Shown one piece after another: positions 10,630-20,389 of a DNA stretch of 64,000 nucleotides. Position numbers and translations under genes: made by a program. Below the pieces are notes generated by a model. It ran no database searches. It was not told the origin of the DNA and saw only the letters and a program-made list of their open reading frames with translations. The DNA is from an uncultured Gammaproteobacteria bacterium (lineage in GTDB: Bacteria > Pseudomonadota > Gammaproteobacteria > DRLM01), in NCBI GenBank assembly GCA_963729605.1, contig CAVSNY010000007.1:384001-448000 (forward strand), given 5' to 3'. Every line of letters begins with the position of its first letter. Within the stretch, counting starts at the first letter, position 1.

Positions 10630-11196
10630 ATGACACAGAAACAGCAAAATCGAGCCAAAACCAGTTCCGTCGATGCGATCGCCCTGCTGACCGAGGACCA
10701 TAAAAAGGTCCAGAAACTTTTCAAAGAATTTGAAAAGCGCTCGGATGAGGACGACGAGGAAGGTAAACAGGCGCTGGTGGAAATGATCTGCGCCGAATTG
10801 ACCATTCATGCCACCATCGAAGAGGAAATTTTCTATCCGGCGGCGCGGCGGGCCATCGAGGAAGAAGATTTGTTGGACGAGGCCGAGGTCGAACATGCGT
10901 CCGCCAAGGAGTTGATCGCGCAGTTGGAGGGCATGCAAGCCGGCGATGAATTGTATGACGCCAAGGTGACCGTGCTGGGCGAATACATCGATCATCACGT
11001 CAAGGAGGAACAAAATGAAATGTTCCCCAAAGTGAAAAAGGCCAAGCTCGACCTCCAGGCCTTGGGCGAACAAATGCTGGAACGCAAGCAAGAACTGCAA
11101 GAGGAAATGGGCCTGGTCGAGGAAGAGGACGAAGAAGATCAGGAGGAAGAAGTGACCACCCGGCGCAAAACCACCGCGCGCGCGGGCCATCGCTGA
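10630..11196 (+). CDS. hemerythrin HHE cation-binding domain protein
   Basis: DAIALLTEDH, HATIEEEIFYPA, EH, HHVKEEQ. Confidence 0.9.
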   Translation: MTQKQQNRAKTSSVDAIALLTEDHKKVQKLFKEFEKRSDEDDEEGKQALVEMICAELTIHATIEEEIFYPAARRAIEEEDLLDEAEVEHASAKELIAQLEGMQAGDELYDAKVTVLGEYIDHHVKEEQNEMFPKVKKAKLDLQALGEQMLERKQELQEEMGLVEEEDEEDQEEEVTTRRKTTARAGHR

Positions 11197-11224
11197 CTCG
11201 GCGATTTTTTCATCGCGTGGGTGC

Positions 11225-11255
11225 ACAGGGCGCGCATCCGGCGCGCCCTGTTTTA
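11225..11255 (+). terminator. rho-independent terminator-like hairpin
   Basis: ACAGGGCGCGC-ATCCG-GCGCGCCCTGT followed by T run. Confidence 0.55.
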
Positions 11256-11356
11256 TCGCTGTTGATCGGCGCGCTGGTTTCACCTGCGTCGGCGTCGCGG
11301 AGCGCGCGTCCGCCGTTCGGATAGCGCGAGCGTAGTGTCTCGCGAGGGATCGTATT

Positions 11357-12472
11357 TTAAGTTTTAAGCAACTCGAATGAACCCAGCGGGTGTGCCAGGC
11401 CGTTCAGCATGATCTCCACCCGGTGAGTGCCGGGATAGTGTTTTCGCGTGGTCATTTCCTTGAGTGAAACGCCTTTGCCCAGCCGCACGGTTTCCCGCGG
11501 GGCGAGTTCGACGGTTTTCAGTTTGAATACTTTCGGGCTGGTCTTACCGCTGGCCTTCACGAAGTGAATGCGGAAATCCACCAGCAGGGCTTGTCGCCGC
11601 GCGCCGGTGTTGGTGAGGTCGAAGGCGATGGTCAAGGTGTCGCCGCCGCGGGCGCGTTTGGGCGTGATCGCCACCTTTTGAATAGCCGCGCTGGCCGTGG
11701 CGCCGAAACCCAGCAGTTCCAGCGCGGCGGTTTCACCGCGTTTTAAGGCCGAACGCAGCCCATGCCGGATCAGCCATTGCCGTTCCTCGCCGGCGTTCTT
11801 CATCCAGCGCCGGGCCGTCGTCACCAGTAAATCCGGGTGATCCTTTCCAATGTCGTTGAGGTTGTTGGCGACCGAGCGGCGCACGTACAACTCGGGATCG
11901 TCCTTCAGCAATTCGAGCAGTTCAAGCACCGGCCGGGGATCTTTCTGAAAGGCGCGCAGACGCGGCGCCCACGGCAGGCGCGGGCGCGTCCCTTCGGAGA
12001 CCAGGCGGCGCACGTGCGGGTTGGCATCGCCGGCCCAGAGTTTGAGGCGAGCCAAGGTCGGCGCCGGGTGGTGCGCCAGAAACGGCCGGATGCTGAATTC
12101 GGCGGTGAAGCGCTGGGTCAGTTCGTATTGAGCGCGCATCGAAGGCTCAAAATGATCGAGCCCGTATTCGGCGACGAACAACACATGGGGCAGATACATA
12201 AACGGCGCCATTCCCAGGTTTTCGCTCCGCTCGAGTTTGGGGCCCAGCGAGGCGAGAAGGATGTCGATCGCCCGCGGATACTCGTCGGGCAGATGGCGGC
12301 GCAATACCTGGGCGAGGTGCCGGCCGCGCGGTAGCAGATCGAGCTCCGGGTACCCCTGCAATGCCTCTTTGAGAAAGGCCTTCGCCGCGAAGGGGGGATG
12401 GACCGCCGCGATCATCGCGGCGATGCGGCGCGGTATCGCCGGTCCGAAGTGATTTTTCAGCGGTTCAGCCAT
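11357..12472 (-). CDS. DNA alkylation repair (HEAT-like repeat glycosylase family) protein
   Basis: TAEFSIRPF, RRLVSEGTRPRLPW, YVRRSVANNLND. Confidence 0.85.
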   Translation of the reverse strand: MAEPLKNHFGPAIPRRIAAMIAAVHPPFAAKAFLKEALQGYPELDLLPRGRHLAQVLRRHLPDEYPRAIDILLASLGPKLERSENLGMAPFMYLPHVLFVAEYGLDHFEPSMRAQYELTQRFTAEFSIRPFLAHHPAPTLARLKLWAGDANPHVRRLVSEGTRPRLPWAPRLRAFQKDPRPVLELLELLKDDPELYVRRSVANNLNDIGKDHPDLLVTTARRWMKNAGEERQWLIRHGLRSALKRGETAALELLGFGATASAAIQKVAITPKRARGGDTLTIAFDLTNTGARRQALLVDFRIHFVKASGKTSPKVFKLKTVELAPRETVRLGKGVSLKEMTTRKHYPGTHRVEIMLNGLAHPLGSFELLKT

Positions 12473-12766
12473 GGATTCCGGTCTTGCTGGGGCCTGTCAT
12501 GCGGCGGCGCTCCGCGGTGGTCCGTTTGGTGCCGCAATGATAGACGTCGGCGTGCCTACCGGACAGTGGCGTGCGAGAACGGCGCCCGATCCGCTCATCC
12601 GTCCTCACGATATTTCGTTTCCGATACTAAATATCGTGTCCACTCCCGTCCGGTTCCCATGAGTATTTTTGCCCATATCGATCTATCTCTTTGTATTTTC
12701 ATTAAATAGCCGATTGGCGCGCGGCTTGCGGTAGCGATGTCATGATCAACCAAGGGGGATTATGCC

Positions 12767-13813
12767 ATGACTCGTAAAATACACGCGGGCTTCGCCGCCG
12801 TCGTCTTGCTCGGATTCAGCGTACCGGGCTTCGCGGCCTTCGAACCTTTGCCGCTGGTGGCGCCGGCGCCACCCGACAATCCCACCACCGCCGCCAAGGT
12901 GGCCTTGGGCAAACAGCTGTTCTTCGACCCGCGTTTGTCCATCGACGGCACGGTGTCGTGCAACTCCTGCCACGATGTGAACGGCAACGGCACCGACAGC
13001 CGCGCGGTCTCGGTCGGTGTCAACGGCCAGGTCGGCGCGCGTTCGGCGCCCACGATTTGGAACGCCGCCTTCCTCAGCTCGCAATTTTGGGACGGCCGGG
13101 CGCCGACCCTCGAAGAGCAGGCCAAAGGCCCCATCCTGAATCCGATAGAAATGGGCATGCCGCACCAAGAGGCCACCGCGCAGCGCATACGGGAGATCCC
13201 CGGCTACCGTCGGCAATTCGCCGCGATCTTCGGCGGCAAGGACCCGGTCACCCTCGACAACATCGCCAAGGCCCTCGCCAGTTATGAGCGTACCCTGATC
13301 ACGCCCAACAGCCCCTTCGACCAATATCTGCGGGGCGATAAAACCGCCCTCTCCAGCGAGGCGGTGGAGGGCATGAAGGAGTTCGAGAACCTCGGTTGCG
13401 CGCGCTGCCATCGCGGTCCGGCCCTGGCGGGCCCGTCCAGCATGCCCACGGGTGAAGTGTTCTATCAATGGTTCCCGGCCTTTGCCAGCCGCTACGATCA
13501 GGAGTTCAATCTAAAAGAGGATTTAGGCTACAACGAAACCAAGACCCCCCGGCCGCACACCGGCAAATGGCGGGTGCCGACGCTGCGTAATATCGCCCTC
13601 ACCGCGCCCTATTTTCACAACGGTTCGGTGAAGACCTTGGAAAAGGCCGTGCAGGTGATGGCCAAGGCCCAGCTCAACCGCGAGATCAACGAACGGCAGA
13701 TCGCCGTGCTGGTGGCCTTTCTCAACAGCTTGACCGGCGAGTTCACGTTGCAAACCCCGCCCCAACTGCCGCCGGACGAAGACCAACCGGTGAATGTCAG
13801 TGTGAAAAAGTGA
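12767..13813 (+). CDS. di-heme cytochrome c peroxidase
   Basis: Signal peptide, CNSCH and CARCH heme motifs, VPTLRNIALTAPYFHNG. Confidence 0.92.
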   Translation: MTRKIHAGFAAVVLLGFSVPGFAAFEPLPLVAPAPPDNPTTAAKVALGKQLFFDPRLSIDGTVSCNSCHDVNGNGTDSRAVSVGVNGQVGARSAPTIWNAAFLSSQFWDGRAPTLEEQAKGPILNPIEMGMPHQEATAQRIREIPGYRRQFAAIFGGKDPVTLDNIAKALASYERTLITPNSPFDQYLRGDKTALSSEAVEGMKEFENLGCARCHRGPALAGPSSMPTGEVFYQWFPAFASRYDQEFNLKEDLGYNETKTPRPHTGKWRVPTLRNIALTAPYFHNGSVKTLEKAVQVMAKAQLNREINERQIAVLVAFLNSLTGEFTLQTPPQLPPDEDQPVNVSVKK

Positions 13814-13832
13814 TTATCCGTCAGCAATAAAT

Positions 13833-13863
13833 AAAAAGGCGCCGTCATCCGGCGCCTTTTTTA
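13833..13863. terminator. bidirectional intrinsic terminator
   Basis: AAAAAGGCGCCG-TCATC-CGGCGCCTTTTTT between convergent genes. Confidence 0.8.
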
Positions 13864-13889
13864 TTGAACGATAAAACGATAAGCGGATT

Positions 13890-14387
13890 TTATTCAGTCG
13901 ATCTGCGCGAATTCAGCCAGCGCTGTATGGCCTCGATTTCCGCCCGCACCAAGGCGCGCCCCTGGGCCATGACTTTCTGCTGATAAGAAGCGATTTCGAT
14001 ATGCAATTGGTCGGAGCCGGCGATTTCCGCGAGTTCTTCCGGCGTGGTTTCTCTCAATGCGGCGAGGGTGCGGTCCAGCAGTTTGGCGGGCTTCTCGATC
14101 ACCCGGTTGTACAGGGTGAGGGTGGTGAAGAAAAACGCGCCGATCAGATAGGGCGTATAAAGCGCTAAAATTGCCACCCAACTCGGGTCGGCCCCTTCGT
14201 CGCGCACCGCGGGAACGGCCACCAAGAACTGAAAACACAGGATGCACACGGCCATCACGAAGGCGACGCTCAAGAAACGTATCATTTTTGTTTTTATCGC
14301 GGCCCGCGCCTGGGCCGCTTGCTGGCGTTCGACCGTGATGTCGGCGAGGGCGGGCGGATCGCGGGTGATGTCGAACTGAAGGGCCAT
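13890..14387 (-). CDS. hypothetical membrane protein (2 TM)
   Basis: ORF with GGAG RBS and two hydrophobic segments. Confidence 0.65.
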   Translation of the reverse strand: MALQFDITRDPPALADITVERQQAAQARAAIKTKMIRFLSVAFVMAVCILCFQFLVAVPAVRDEGADPSWVAILALYTPYLIGAFFFTTLTLYNRVIEKPAKLLDRTLAALRETTPEELAEIAGSDQLHIEIASYQQKVMAQGRALVRAEIEAIQRWLNSRRSTE

Positions 14388-14753
14388 GTGGTTCTCCGGT
14401 TGAAATTCGTGTTGCACGAGCGGCGGCGTACCCCCGCGCGCGGCGCCGGACCGGCGACGGGATGTTCAGGCCACGCTCGATGAGAGGCTTTTTTAGCACA
14501 ATTCGGCCCTGCGTCATATCCGTTTTGAAGAAGGGTATGCGGCCCACCGCCGCGTGTGATGGGCCTGATTGGGCGGGGTATGGGGTGTCGGCGCGGCGGC
14601 CCTGTTTCCCTGGCTTTGCTGTGAGTTTTATCGGGGCGTGAGCGGACCGCCGCTGGGGCGTCGTCGTGGCACCGAACAGCGGATCTCCCGCTTATCGGTG
14701 AGGTGCGGGGTCCCTCGTTTCGTCTGGTTGGTTGCCGATCCGATTCATCGCGT

Positions 14754-16139
14754 TCATCTTGCCGTGGCGACCTTGATCTCGACCCGGTTGCCGCCGACGT
14801 GTTTAGCAAGATACATGGCCTTGTCAGCATGGTTGAACAGCTGTTTCTCATCGGTGCCATGTTCGGGATAGAACGCGACACCGATGCTAGGCAGAATGTA
14901 CAGGTTTTGCTGGTCCATATCGAAAGATCGGTTTAGAGCGACGCGGATTTTTTCCGCCATCATCAAGCTATTTTCCCGCGAGTGGATGCGTTCGAATAAA
15001 ATCACGAACTCATCGCCGCCGATGCGCGCCACCGTGTCCGATTTCCGCACGCATTCCTTTAAGCGTTGGGCGACCATCTGCAACAAGCGATCCCCCGCGG
15101 CATGGCCGAGGCTGTCATTCACTTGTTTGAATTTATCCATATCGAGATAAAGCAGGCACAACTCTTCATGTTCGCGCCGAGCCCTTGCCAGCGCGGTCCG
15201 CAGCCGGTCCTGTAGCAGCTCCCGGTTGGGCAGACCGGTAAGTTGATCGTATTGCGCGAGATGTTCCAGCCGGGCATACATCCGTTTGCGTTCGATGGCG
15301 GCGGCGATTTGAGTGGAAACGAATTGCAGCAGTTCTTTATCCGCGTCGGTATAACACGCGCCCTTGGTATAGCGCTGCATTACCAGCGCGCCGATGACGC
15401 CTTTGTGAGAACTGAGCGGCGCGCCAAGCCAGTACAGGGTATTTTTATTGACCGCCATTCTCGCGGGTTCGGGTAAAGTTGAAATCGTCTCCGGTGAGAG
15501 CAGCAGCATTTGTTCGCTGCGGATAACCTCGCCAATCAGCGTATCTGAATCGAGTGTGCGGGGCGCCGGCGGCTGGTGATCTCCGTCAGCCTGATAAGGA
15601 AAACTCAATTCACCGCTCTTTTCATCATAAAGCGCCACGAGAAAATCGTCGGCCGGCAGCAGCTCGCCGATGATTTGATGTACTTCCCGTAACAGGGCCA
15701 GTAAATCTTCAGTCGCGTGGGCGGCTTCCGAAATAGCGTAGAGTGCGGCCTGCATGGATTCGACATGTTTGCGTTCGGTAATGTCGCGCGCCACCGCGAT
15801 CCGCAATTGATCGGTCTCCGACCAGCGGGCCGACCACATGATGTGGACGATCCGCCCGTCTTTGCGTACGTAGCGATTCTCAAAATGAGTTACCGCTTGT
15901 CCGGCCATGATCTCGGCGGCGGCGATCTGGGTTCGCGCCCGATCGTCGGGGTGCACCATGTCTATCATCACCCTGCCGATCATCTCCTGCGGCGTATAAC
16001 CAAAAATACGCTCACAGGCGGCGCTGACGAAGACAAAACGACCCTGCGGGTCAACCGCGCAGACGGCATCGAGCAGGAGGTCCATGAAGTGGGAGGGGGG
16101 TGCATCGGTGTTTTTATTCATCTGAACAACATACTTCAT
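14754..16139 (-). CDS. PAS-GAF-GGDEF diguanylate cyclase
   Basis: PAS (VHPDD), GAF, DQLTGLPNR, RxxD and GGDEF; start uncertain. Confidence 0.92.
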   Translation of the reverse strand: MKYVVQMNKNTDAPPSHFMDLLLDAVCAVDPQGRFVFVSAACERIFGYTPQEMIGRVMIDMVHPDDRARTQIAAAEIMAGQAVTHFENRYVRKDGRIVHIMWSARWSETDQLRIAVARDITERKHVESMQAALYAISEAAHATEDLLALLREVHQIIGELLPADDFLVALYDEKSGELSFPYQADGDHQPPAPRTLDSDTLIGEVIRSEQMLLLSPETISTLPEPARMAVNKNTLYWLGAPLSSHKGVIGALVMQRYTKGACYTDADKELLQFVSTQIAAAIERKRMYARLEHLAQYDQLTGLPNRELLQDRLRTALARARREHEELCLLYLDMDKFKQVNDSLGHAAGDRLLQMVAQRLKECVRKSDTVARIGGDEFVILFERIHSRENSLMMAEKIRVALNRSFDMDQQNLYILPSIGVAFYPEHGTDEKQLFNHADKAMYLAKHVGGNRVEIKVATAR

Positions 16140-16307
16140 TGTATTTGAGCGCATCAGAAAGCAGGCAAGGAGACAAGTTTATTGAATACTCAAAGCTTGA
16201 CCTGATGTTACCCTAAAAATTCCAATTACATTCCCATATTGAGGAAATTTCAGCAACCGATTTTCATATGCAATCCCATTGCCATCAAGGTTTGAGCGCG
16301 CAAACGA

Positions 16308-16682
16308 TCATGGCGTGTTTCCAACGTAAAGAATAACGGCCAAACAGGCGCCGAGTGTAGCCACGATAATGTTCACGCCGAATCCCCACTTGGCGCCGTA
16401 GCCCGATGGGTATTCCGCCGGAGCGAGGGTTTTCAAAACGATCAGATACTGCCGGGACGAGTAGGCGGCGGCAAACGCCCCCAAGGCTATGAATGCCAAC
16501 CCCAGCCAGAACGTAGCACCGGCCGTGTTGGCCGCCGCACTATTCGGGGCGAGGGCCTCGATCAATATGCCGGTACGCTCCATCACAAAGCCGAAGGCAA
16601 TCAGCGCGAGGCTAGTCCTATTCCAGGCTAATAGCGTTCTTTCAGCCGCGAAGAGAACTCTTGGGTCATTTAAATCCGACAC
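16308..16682 (-). CDS. YidH/DUF202 membrane protein
   Basis: DPRVLFAAERTLLAWNRT. Confidence 0.88.
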   Translation of the reverse strand: MSDLNDPRVLFAAERTLLAWNRTSLALIAFGFVMERTGILIEALAPNSAAANTAGATFWLGLAFIALGAFAAAYSSRQYLIVLKTLAPAEYPSGYGAKWGFGVNIIVATLGACLAVILYVGNTP

Positions 16683-16749
16683 GGTCGCTCCTGGTGCTTA
16701 ATGAAAATATCCGGCAGAGACCCCTGGAACACCTTGTTGGGCGGCATGA

Positions 16750-17217
16750 TCACCGCCGCTCCTCGACGAATGCCGCGAGCTTCTCCAGCGCCATCCTGGT
16801 GCCGAGCTCGTTGTCGGCGGGTGACACGCCTGAAGGTAATCCTTCGTAGGTCATCGTGACTTCGGTGCCGCCGTCTTTGTCGGCCAGCGCAGTCGTAATA
16901 GTCATTTGGCCCTGCATGGCCGGATCGTTCGTCTCGAACTCGTCTACTTCCACAACATACTCGTTTGGCACCAGCTTGGCGAAATGGCCGTGGTACGTGT
17001 CGATATTGTCGATGGACTTTCCGGGTTGCGATGTGTCTTGGTAGGTCAGCGAGATCCGAAACCTGCCCCCTTCGCGCGCGTCGAAAGAGTGAACGCGGCA
17101 TGACATCCCGGTCGGCACTCTCCAGGCTGCTATGGCGTCCGGATCGAGAAGTGCGCGATAAATCTTCGCACGGGGCGCACGTATGTGCTTACTAATGCGC
17201 ATTCGCGTCATTTCCAT
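16750..17217 (-). CDS. SRPBCC (AHSA1-like) family protein
   Basis: IRAPRAKIYRALLDP, FDAREGGRFRISLTY. Confidence 0.85.
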   Translation of the reverse strand: MEMTRMRISKHIRAPRAKIYRALLDPDAIAAWRVPTGMSCRVHSFDAREGGRFRISLTYQDTSQPGKSIDNIDTYHGHFAKLVPNEYVVEVDEFETNDPAMQGQMTITTALADKDGGTEVTMTYEGLPSGVSPADNELGTRMALEKLAAFVEERR

Positions 17218-17265
17218 CCCATGCAAGGTCTGAGTTGGGCGTATTCAATCTCATGACCGATTCAA

Positions 17266-17817
17266 TCAATCCGCCGCTTCGGGTGCGCGGAACGCCTTGC
17301 TGTAGTAGCCGGATTGGTCGAAACAACAAACCCGACTCTTTCCGGAAGCAAGCATGTCACAAGCATCGCTGATCCGTTTTGCGCGGGTCTTGGCTTGCTT
17401 GGCTGAAGCAATCCAGTGAATCCAATCCAATCGTGCAATGGTCGTCGTGTTGTTCCAAATCCTACGCGCTTCAGGTGCAGCCGCCAAAGCGTCTTGAAGA
17501 TCCGGTGGAATCTCAGGTTCGGGTTCTTGCTCCACAGGCATGATCTCCAACGTGACGATGTCGCCGACCTGCACGCCTGCGGCTTCGCGTAGCTGTCGGT
17601 TTACCAGGAGCCAATGGCTCAATCGGCCATCCGGCTCGAGTGTCGCCTGGAAAGGGTGGCCGTTGATGGTGCCGCTTACAGTCGTCCGTCCTCGTCGCGG
17701 CAAGCTTGCGCTTGCATCCTTCGGCAGCACAACGAATGCCCACGAAGCATCACCGCCGGGCTTTGCCGGACGGAGCAGTTTTGTTTTGAAACGGGCCTTT
17801 TTATCGGCTTGGGTCAT
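17266..17817 (-). CDS. DUF1905 / YdeI-OmpD-associated protein
   Basis: VSGTING, PPDLQDAL, WIASAKQAKTRAKRI. Confidence 0.85.
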   Translation of the reverse strand: MTQADKKARFKTKLLRPAKPGGDASWAFVVLPKDASASLPRRGRTTVSGTINGHPFQATLEPDGRLSHWLLVNRQLREAAGVQVGDIVTLEIMPVEQEPEPEIPPDLQDALAAAPEARRIWNNTTTIARLDWIHWIASAKQAKTRAKRISDACDMLASGKSRVCCFDQSGYYSKAFRAPEAAD

Positions 17818-17824
17818 CTTAGAT

Positions 17825-18379
17825 TCACACGACGCCTTCCGGCAGATACCGGAGGATGACACAGCCGTTCGAAGTTGAGCGCGCTTCTTGCAGCTGAAGC
17901 TGCTGTGTCACTCCGTCACTAAACAGTAGTCTGCCCTTACCGTAAATGACCGGGGCGATCCCAATGCGGTACTCATCAAAAAGTTTCTCGTCCATGAGGC
18001 TCTTCGAAAGCTTGGCGCTGCCGAAGACGAACATATTCCCGTTACCTTCTCGCTTCAGTCTGGCGATTTCCGCCGCCACGTTGTCCTTCACGAGTGTCGT
18101 ACGGTTCCAGGCAGGCGCTTGAAGCGTGCGGGAACAGACCACCTTCGGAAGACTGTTCATGTAATCGGCGATCGCCCCCTGGGCGGTCTGCCAATAGGCG
18201 GCCATGCCCTCGTAGGTCACACGACCGAACACAAGCATGTCGGCCGATTTGAGCAGCTCGAGTGAAAATTGCTCAAGCTCCTCGCCCCAAAGCCGTTCGT
18301 GCCAGGGCAGGTCCCAGTTCTTCACGCCCTCGAAGTAACCATCGAGCGTGATTAGATTCCACATGATGAGTTTGCGCAT
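17825..18379 (-). CDS. dihydrofolate reductase / RibD C-terminal family protein (cassette)
   Basis: ITLDGYFEG, GRVTYE, PVIYGKG; begins just after attC R' box GTTAGAC. Confidence 0.88.
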   Translation of the reverse strand: MRKLIMWNLITLDGYFEGVKNWDLPWHERLWGEELEQFSLELLKSADMLVFGRVTYEGMAAYWQTAQGAIADYMNSLPKVVCSRTLQAPAWNRTTLVKDNVAAEIARLKREGNGNMFVFGSAKLSKSLMDEKLFDEYRIGIAPVIYGKGRLLFSDGVTQQLQLQEARSTSNGCVILRYLPEGVV

Positions 18380-18401
18380 CGCCCGCTCTCCTTTTCCTTT
18401 C

Positions 18402-18459
18402 GTCTAACGCCCGATAACTCGCACCGCGAAGCGGCGTCGGATTGAGCGATTTGCTCAGA
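18402..18459 (-). other. attC site
   Basis: Minus strand: TCTGAGC AAATCGCTCAATCCGACGCCGCTTCGCGGTGCGAGTTATCGGGC GTTAGAC; classic 59-base-element pattern with degenerate R''. Confidence 0.75.
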
Positions 18460-18510
18460 AATTTCCCTGCTCTACTGCGGATCACGACGACTCGCATCCG
18501 ACAGCCGGCA

Positions 18511-18996
18511 TCAACCGCGACGCGCCGCCTCAATGGTCGCGATGTCGATCTTTGACATCTCCATCATCGCATCAAACGCACGCTTGGCGGCAGCAGGATC
18601 GGGGTCCGAGATCGCTTGCAGGAGCGCGATCGGCGTGATTTGCCAAGACAGTCCCCATTTGTCCTTGCACCAACCGCACGCGCTTTCCTGACCCCCGTTA
18701 CCCACGATCGCATTCCAGTAACGATCCGTTTCGGCTTGGTCGGTAGTTGCAACCTGAAACGAGAACGCTTCGCTGTGCTTGAATGCGGGGCCGCCGTTGA
18801 TCCCTACGCAGTGAACTCCCAAGACGGTGAACGAGACGGTCAGCACGTTCCCCTGTTTGCCCGACGGAAAATCGCCTGGGGCGCGGTACACCTCGCCGAC
18901 GGCCGAATCCGGAAAAGTCTTGGCGTAAAAATGCGCCGCTTCCTCAGCGTCGCGGTCATACCAAAGGCAGATCGTGTTTTTTGCGGGGTTAATCAT
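18511..18996 (-). CDS. VOC/PhnB-like (3-demethylubiquinone-9 3-methyltransferase family) protein (cassette)
   Basis: ICLWYD, INGGPAF, CGWCKDKWGLSWQI. Confidence 0.9.
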   Translation of the reverse strand: MINPAKNTICLWYDRDAEEAAHFYAKTFPDSAVGEVYRAPGDFPSGKQGNVLTVSFTVLGVHCVGINGGPAFKHSEAFSFQVATTDQAETDRYWNAIVGNGGQESACGWCKDKWGLSWQITPIALLQAISDPDPAAAKRAFDAMMEMSKIDIATIEAARRG

Positions 18997-19040
18997 GGCT
19001 ATCCTCCATTGAGTAAATCACCGGATACCGAGCCTTCCAT

Positions 19041-19102
19041 GCTGAACGGTGGAAGTAACCGGTGCCGGAGCGCAGTTTGTCCGGTTGACTGGCTAGTCCG
19101 AC
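19041..19102 (-). other. degenerate attC site
   Basis: Minus strand: GTCGGAC TAGCCAGTCAACCGG...CCGGTTACTTCCACC GTTCAGC directly after stop of 19107 gene. Confidence 0.6.
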
Positions 19103-19106
19103 GATT

Positions 19107-19580
19107 TCACTTGATTTCAATTCCTGCCATCCGAGCAAAAGCAACAAAATCAAGTGCCGTGTTCTGATCGTGGACGATACGCCACTGGCCTTCTTGCAAC
19201 TGAAAAACGTATGTCAGCCACGTGACGATGGGCGTGTCTTCGAGCTTGGGGCGATATTGGTATTTAATAAGCGCCATTGCCACATCTTCTCCTACTACCT
19301 TGTGAACAACCGAACCTTCCCATATCCAATTTGGGTCTTTGAACCATTGCCTGTGAAGGTCGATTGTTTCGGCCGGGGTAGTGAAAGCGTGCCCATTCTG
19401 AACGATTGTATAAAGAGTGTCGCCTTTGGTGAGATGCGACTTAAACGCCTCTATATCTCTATTGGAAATGGCTGCGAAGTGTTTTTGTAGAGCCGTATCG
19501 AAATCTGGTTTCACGGGCGAGTCTCCGCTATAAGCAACGGGTGTAAAAATGCAAAGAGTGACTACGGCAAATGACAACAT
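19107..19580 (-). CDS. exported NTF2/SnoaL-like protein (cassette)
   Basis: Signal peptide; C-terminal WRIVHDQ; lower GC. Confidence 0.8.
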   Translation of the reverse strand: MLSFAVVTLCIFTPVAYSGDSPVKPDFDTALQKHFAAISNRDIEAFKSHLTKGDTLYTIVQNGHAFTTPAETIDLHRQWFKDPNWIWEGSVVHKVVGEDVAMALIKYQYRPKLEDTPIVTWLTYVFQLQEGQWRIVHDQNTALDFVAFARMAGIEIK

Positions 19581-19585
19581 ATGTC

Positions 19586-19616
19586 GCGACGCCTAACGTT
19601 GGCCGTTAGGCGTCGC
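19586..19616. other. miniaturised attC remnant (R''/R' boxes only)
   Basis: GCGACGCCTAAC-GTTGGCC-GTTAGGCGTCGC, perfect 12-bp arms. Confidence 0.65.
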
Positions 19617-19685
19617 ATCCATCATGACGACATAAATAGTAGTTTCGAAAATGCCGATCGCTACCGAAACACTGCCGCTCTTACT

Positions 19686-20111
19686 CTACTTATCCATCAC
19701 GACGTTCCATGGTCCATCCGCTTGGATGAAGAACACCGCGTCCTCGTTGCCTTCCACCTTCGCCGCGTGCGGCGCCTTGTTTGTCAGGGCGAAATACGAC
19801 CCAGGGCCTAGTTTGTGATCCTTGCCCTTGGCGGTAAGCGTGATCGTGCCCGACACCACCGTAACGTAATGATCCGCGTCGTGATGATGCTTCGGCGTCA
19901 CCAATCCGACGGGATACTTAAGAAAAAAGCGGCTCGCGCCCTTCTCCATGTTGCCCGAAACGGGAGCGGCCGTTATGCCGTTTCCCATGTCCTTCCATTT
20001 GAGGTCGGCCTTCGCGACCACTACCGCCGAGTCGGCGCCGGCGGTCAGCATCGGCGTTCCCGCCATCAGCGCCGCTGAAATCGAAAGGATTAGTGCGTGT
20101 TTGAATTTCAT
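19686..20111 (-). CDS. exported cupin-domain protein (DUF4437-like)
   Basis: Signal peptide; PKHHH...VVSG, LGPGSY, PH. Confidence 0.8.
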   Translation of the reverse strand: MKFKHALILSISAALMAGTPMLTAGADSAVVVAKADLKWKDMGNGITAAPVSGNMEKGASRFFLKYPVGLVTPKHHHDADHYVTVVSGTITLTAKGKDHKLGPGSYFALTNKAPHAAKVEGNEDAVFFIQADGPWNVVMDK

Positions 20112-20271
20112 TTGCTCTCTCCTTGTGTCAAGGTAAGAAACTACGTCGGGAAGCAGCGAGGACAGCGTTTAAGCCTCGGAGCAGTAATTATAGCGATCCG
20201 CGTGAAAGCCAGCCGTTTGGCGCCCATCGTGGACTTCACCGGCCCGCCAAAGGCGAGTTCGGCGCAGCTCG

Positions 20272-20383
20272 GTAGGACGAATGCGTGCAACGCGATCCGT
20301 CGAATGTGAGGGCCGCGTGGTTGCATTCCTAATCTATCCTGCCAAAGCCATGCGGCGGAACGCCCTTTGGGCTTCCGCCCTAC
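20272..20383. repeat. GTAG REP doublet, second family, copy 1
   Basis: GTAGGACGAATGCGTGC...GGCGGAACGCCCTTTGGGCTTCCGCCCTAC; direct repeat of 22312-22421. Confidence 0.85.
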
Positions 20384-20389
20384 GAGCTC

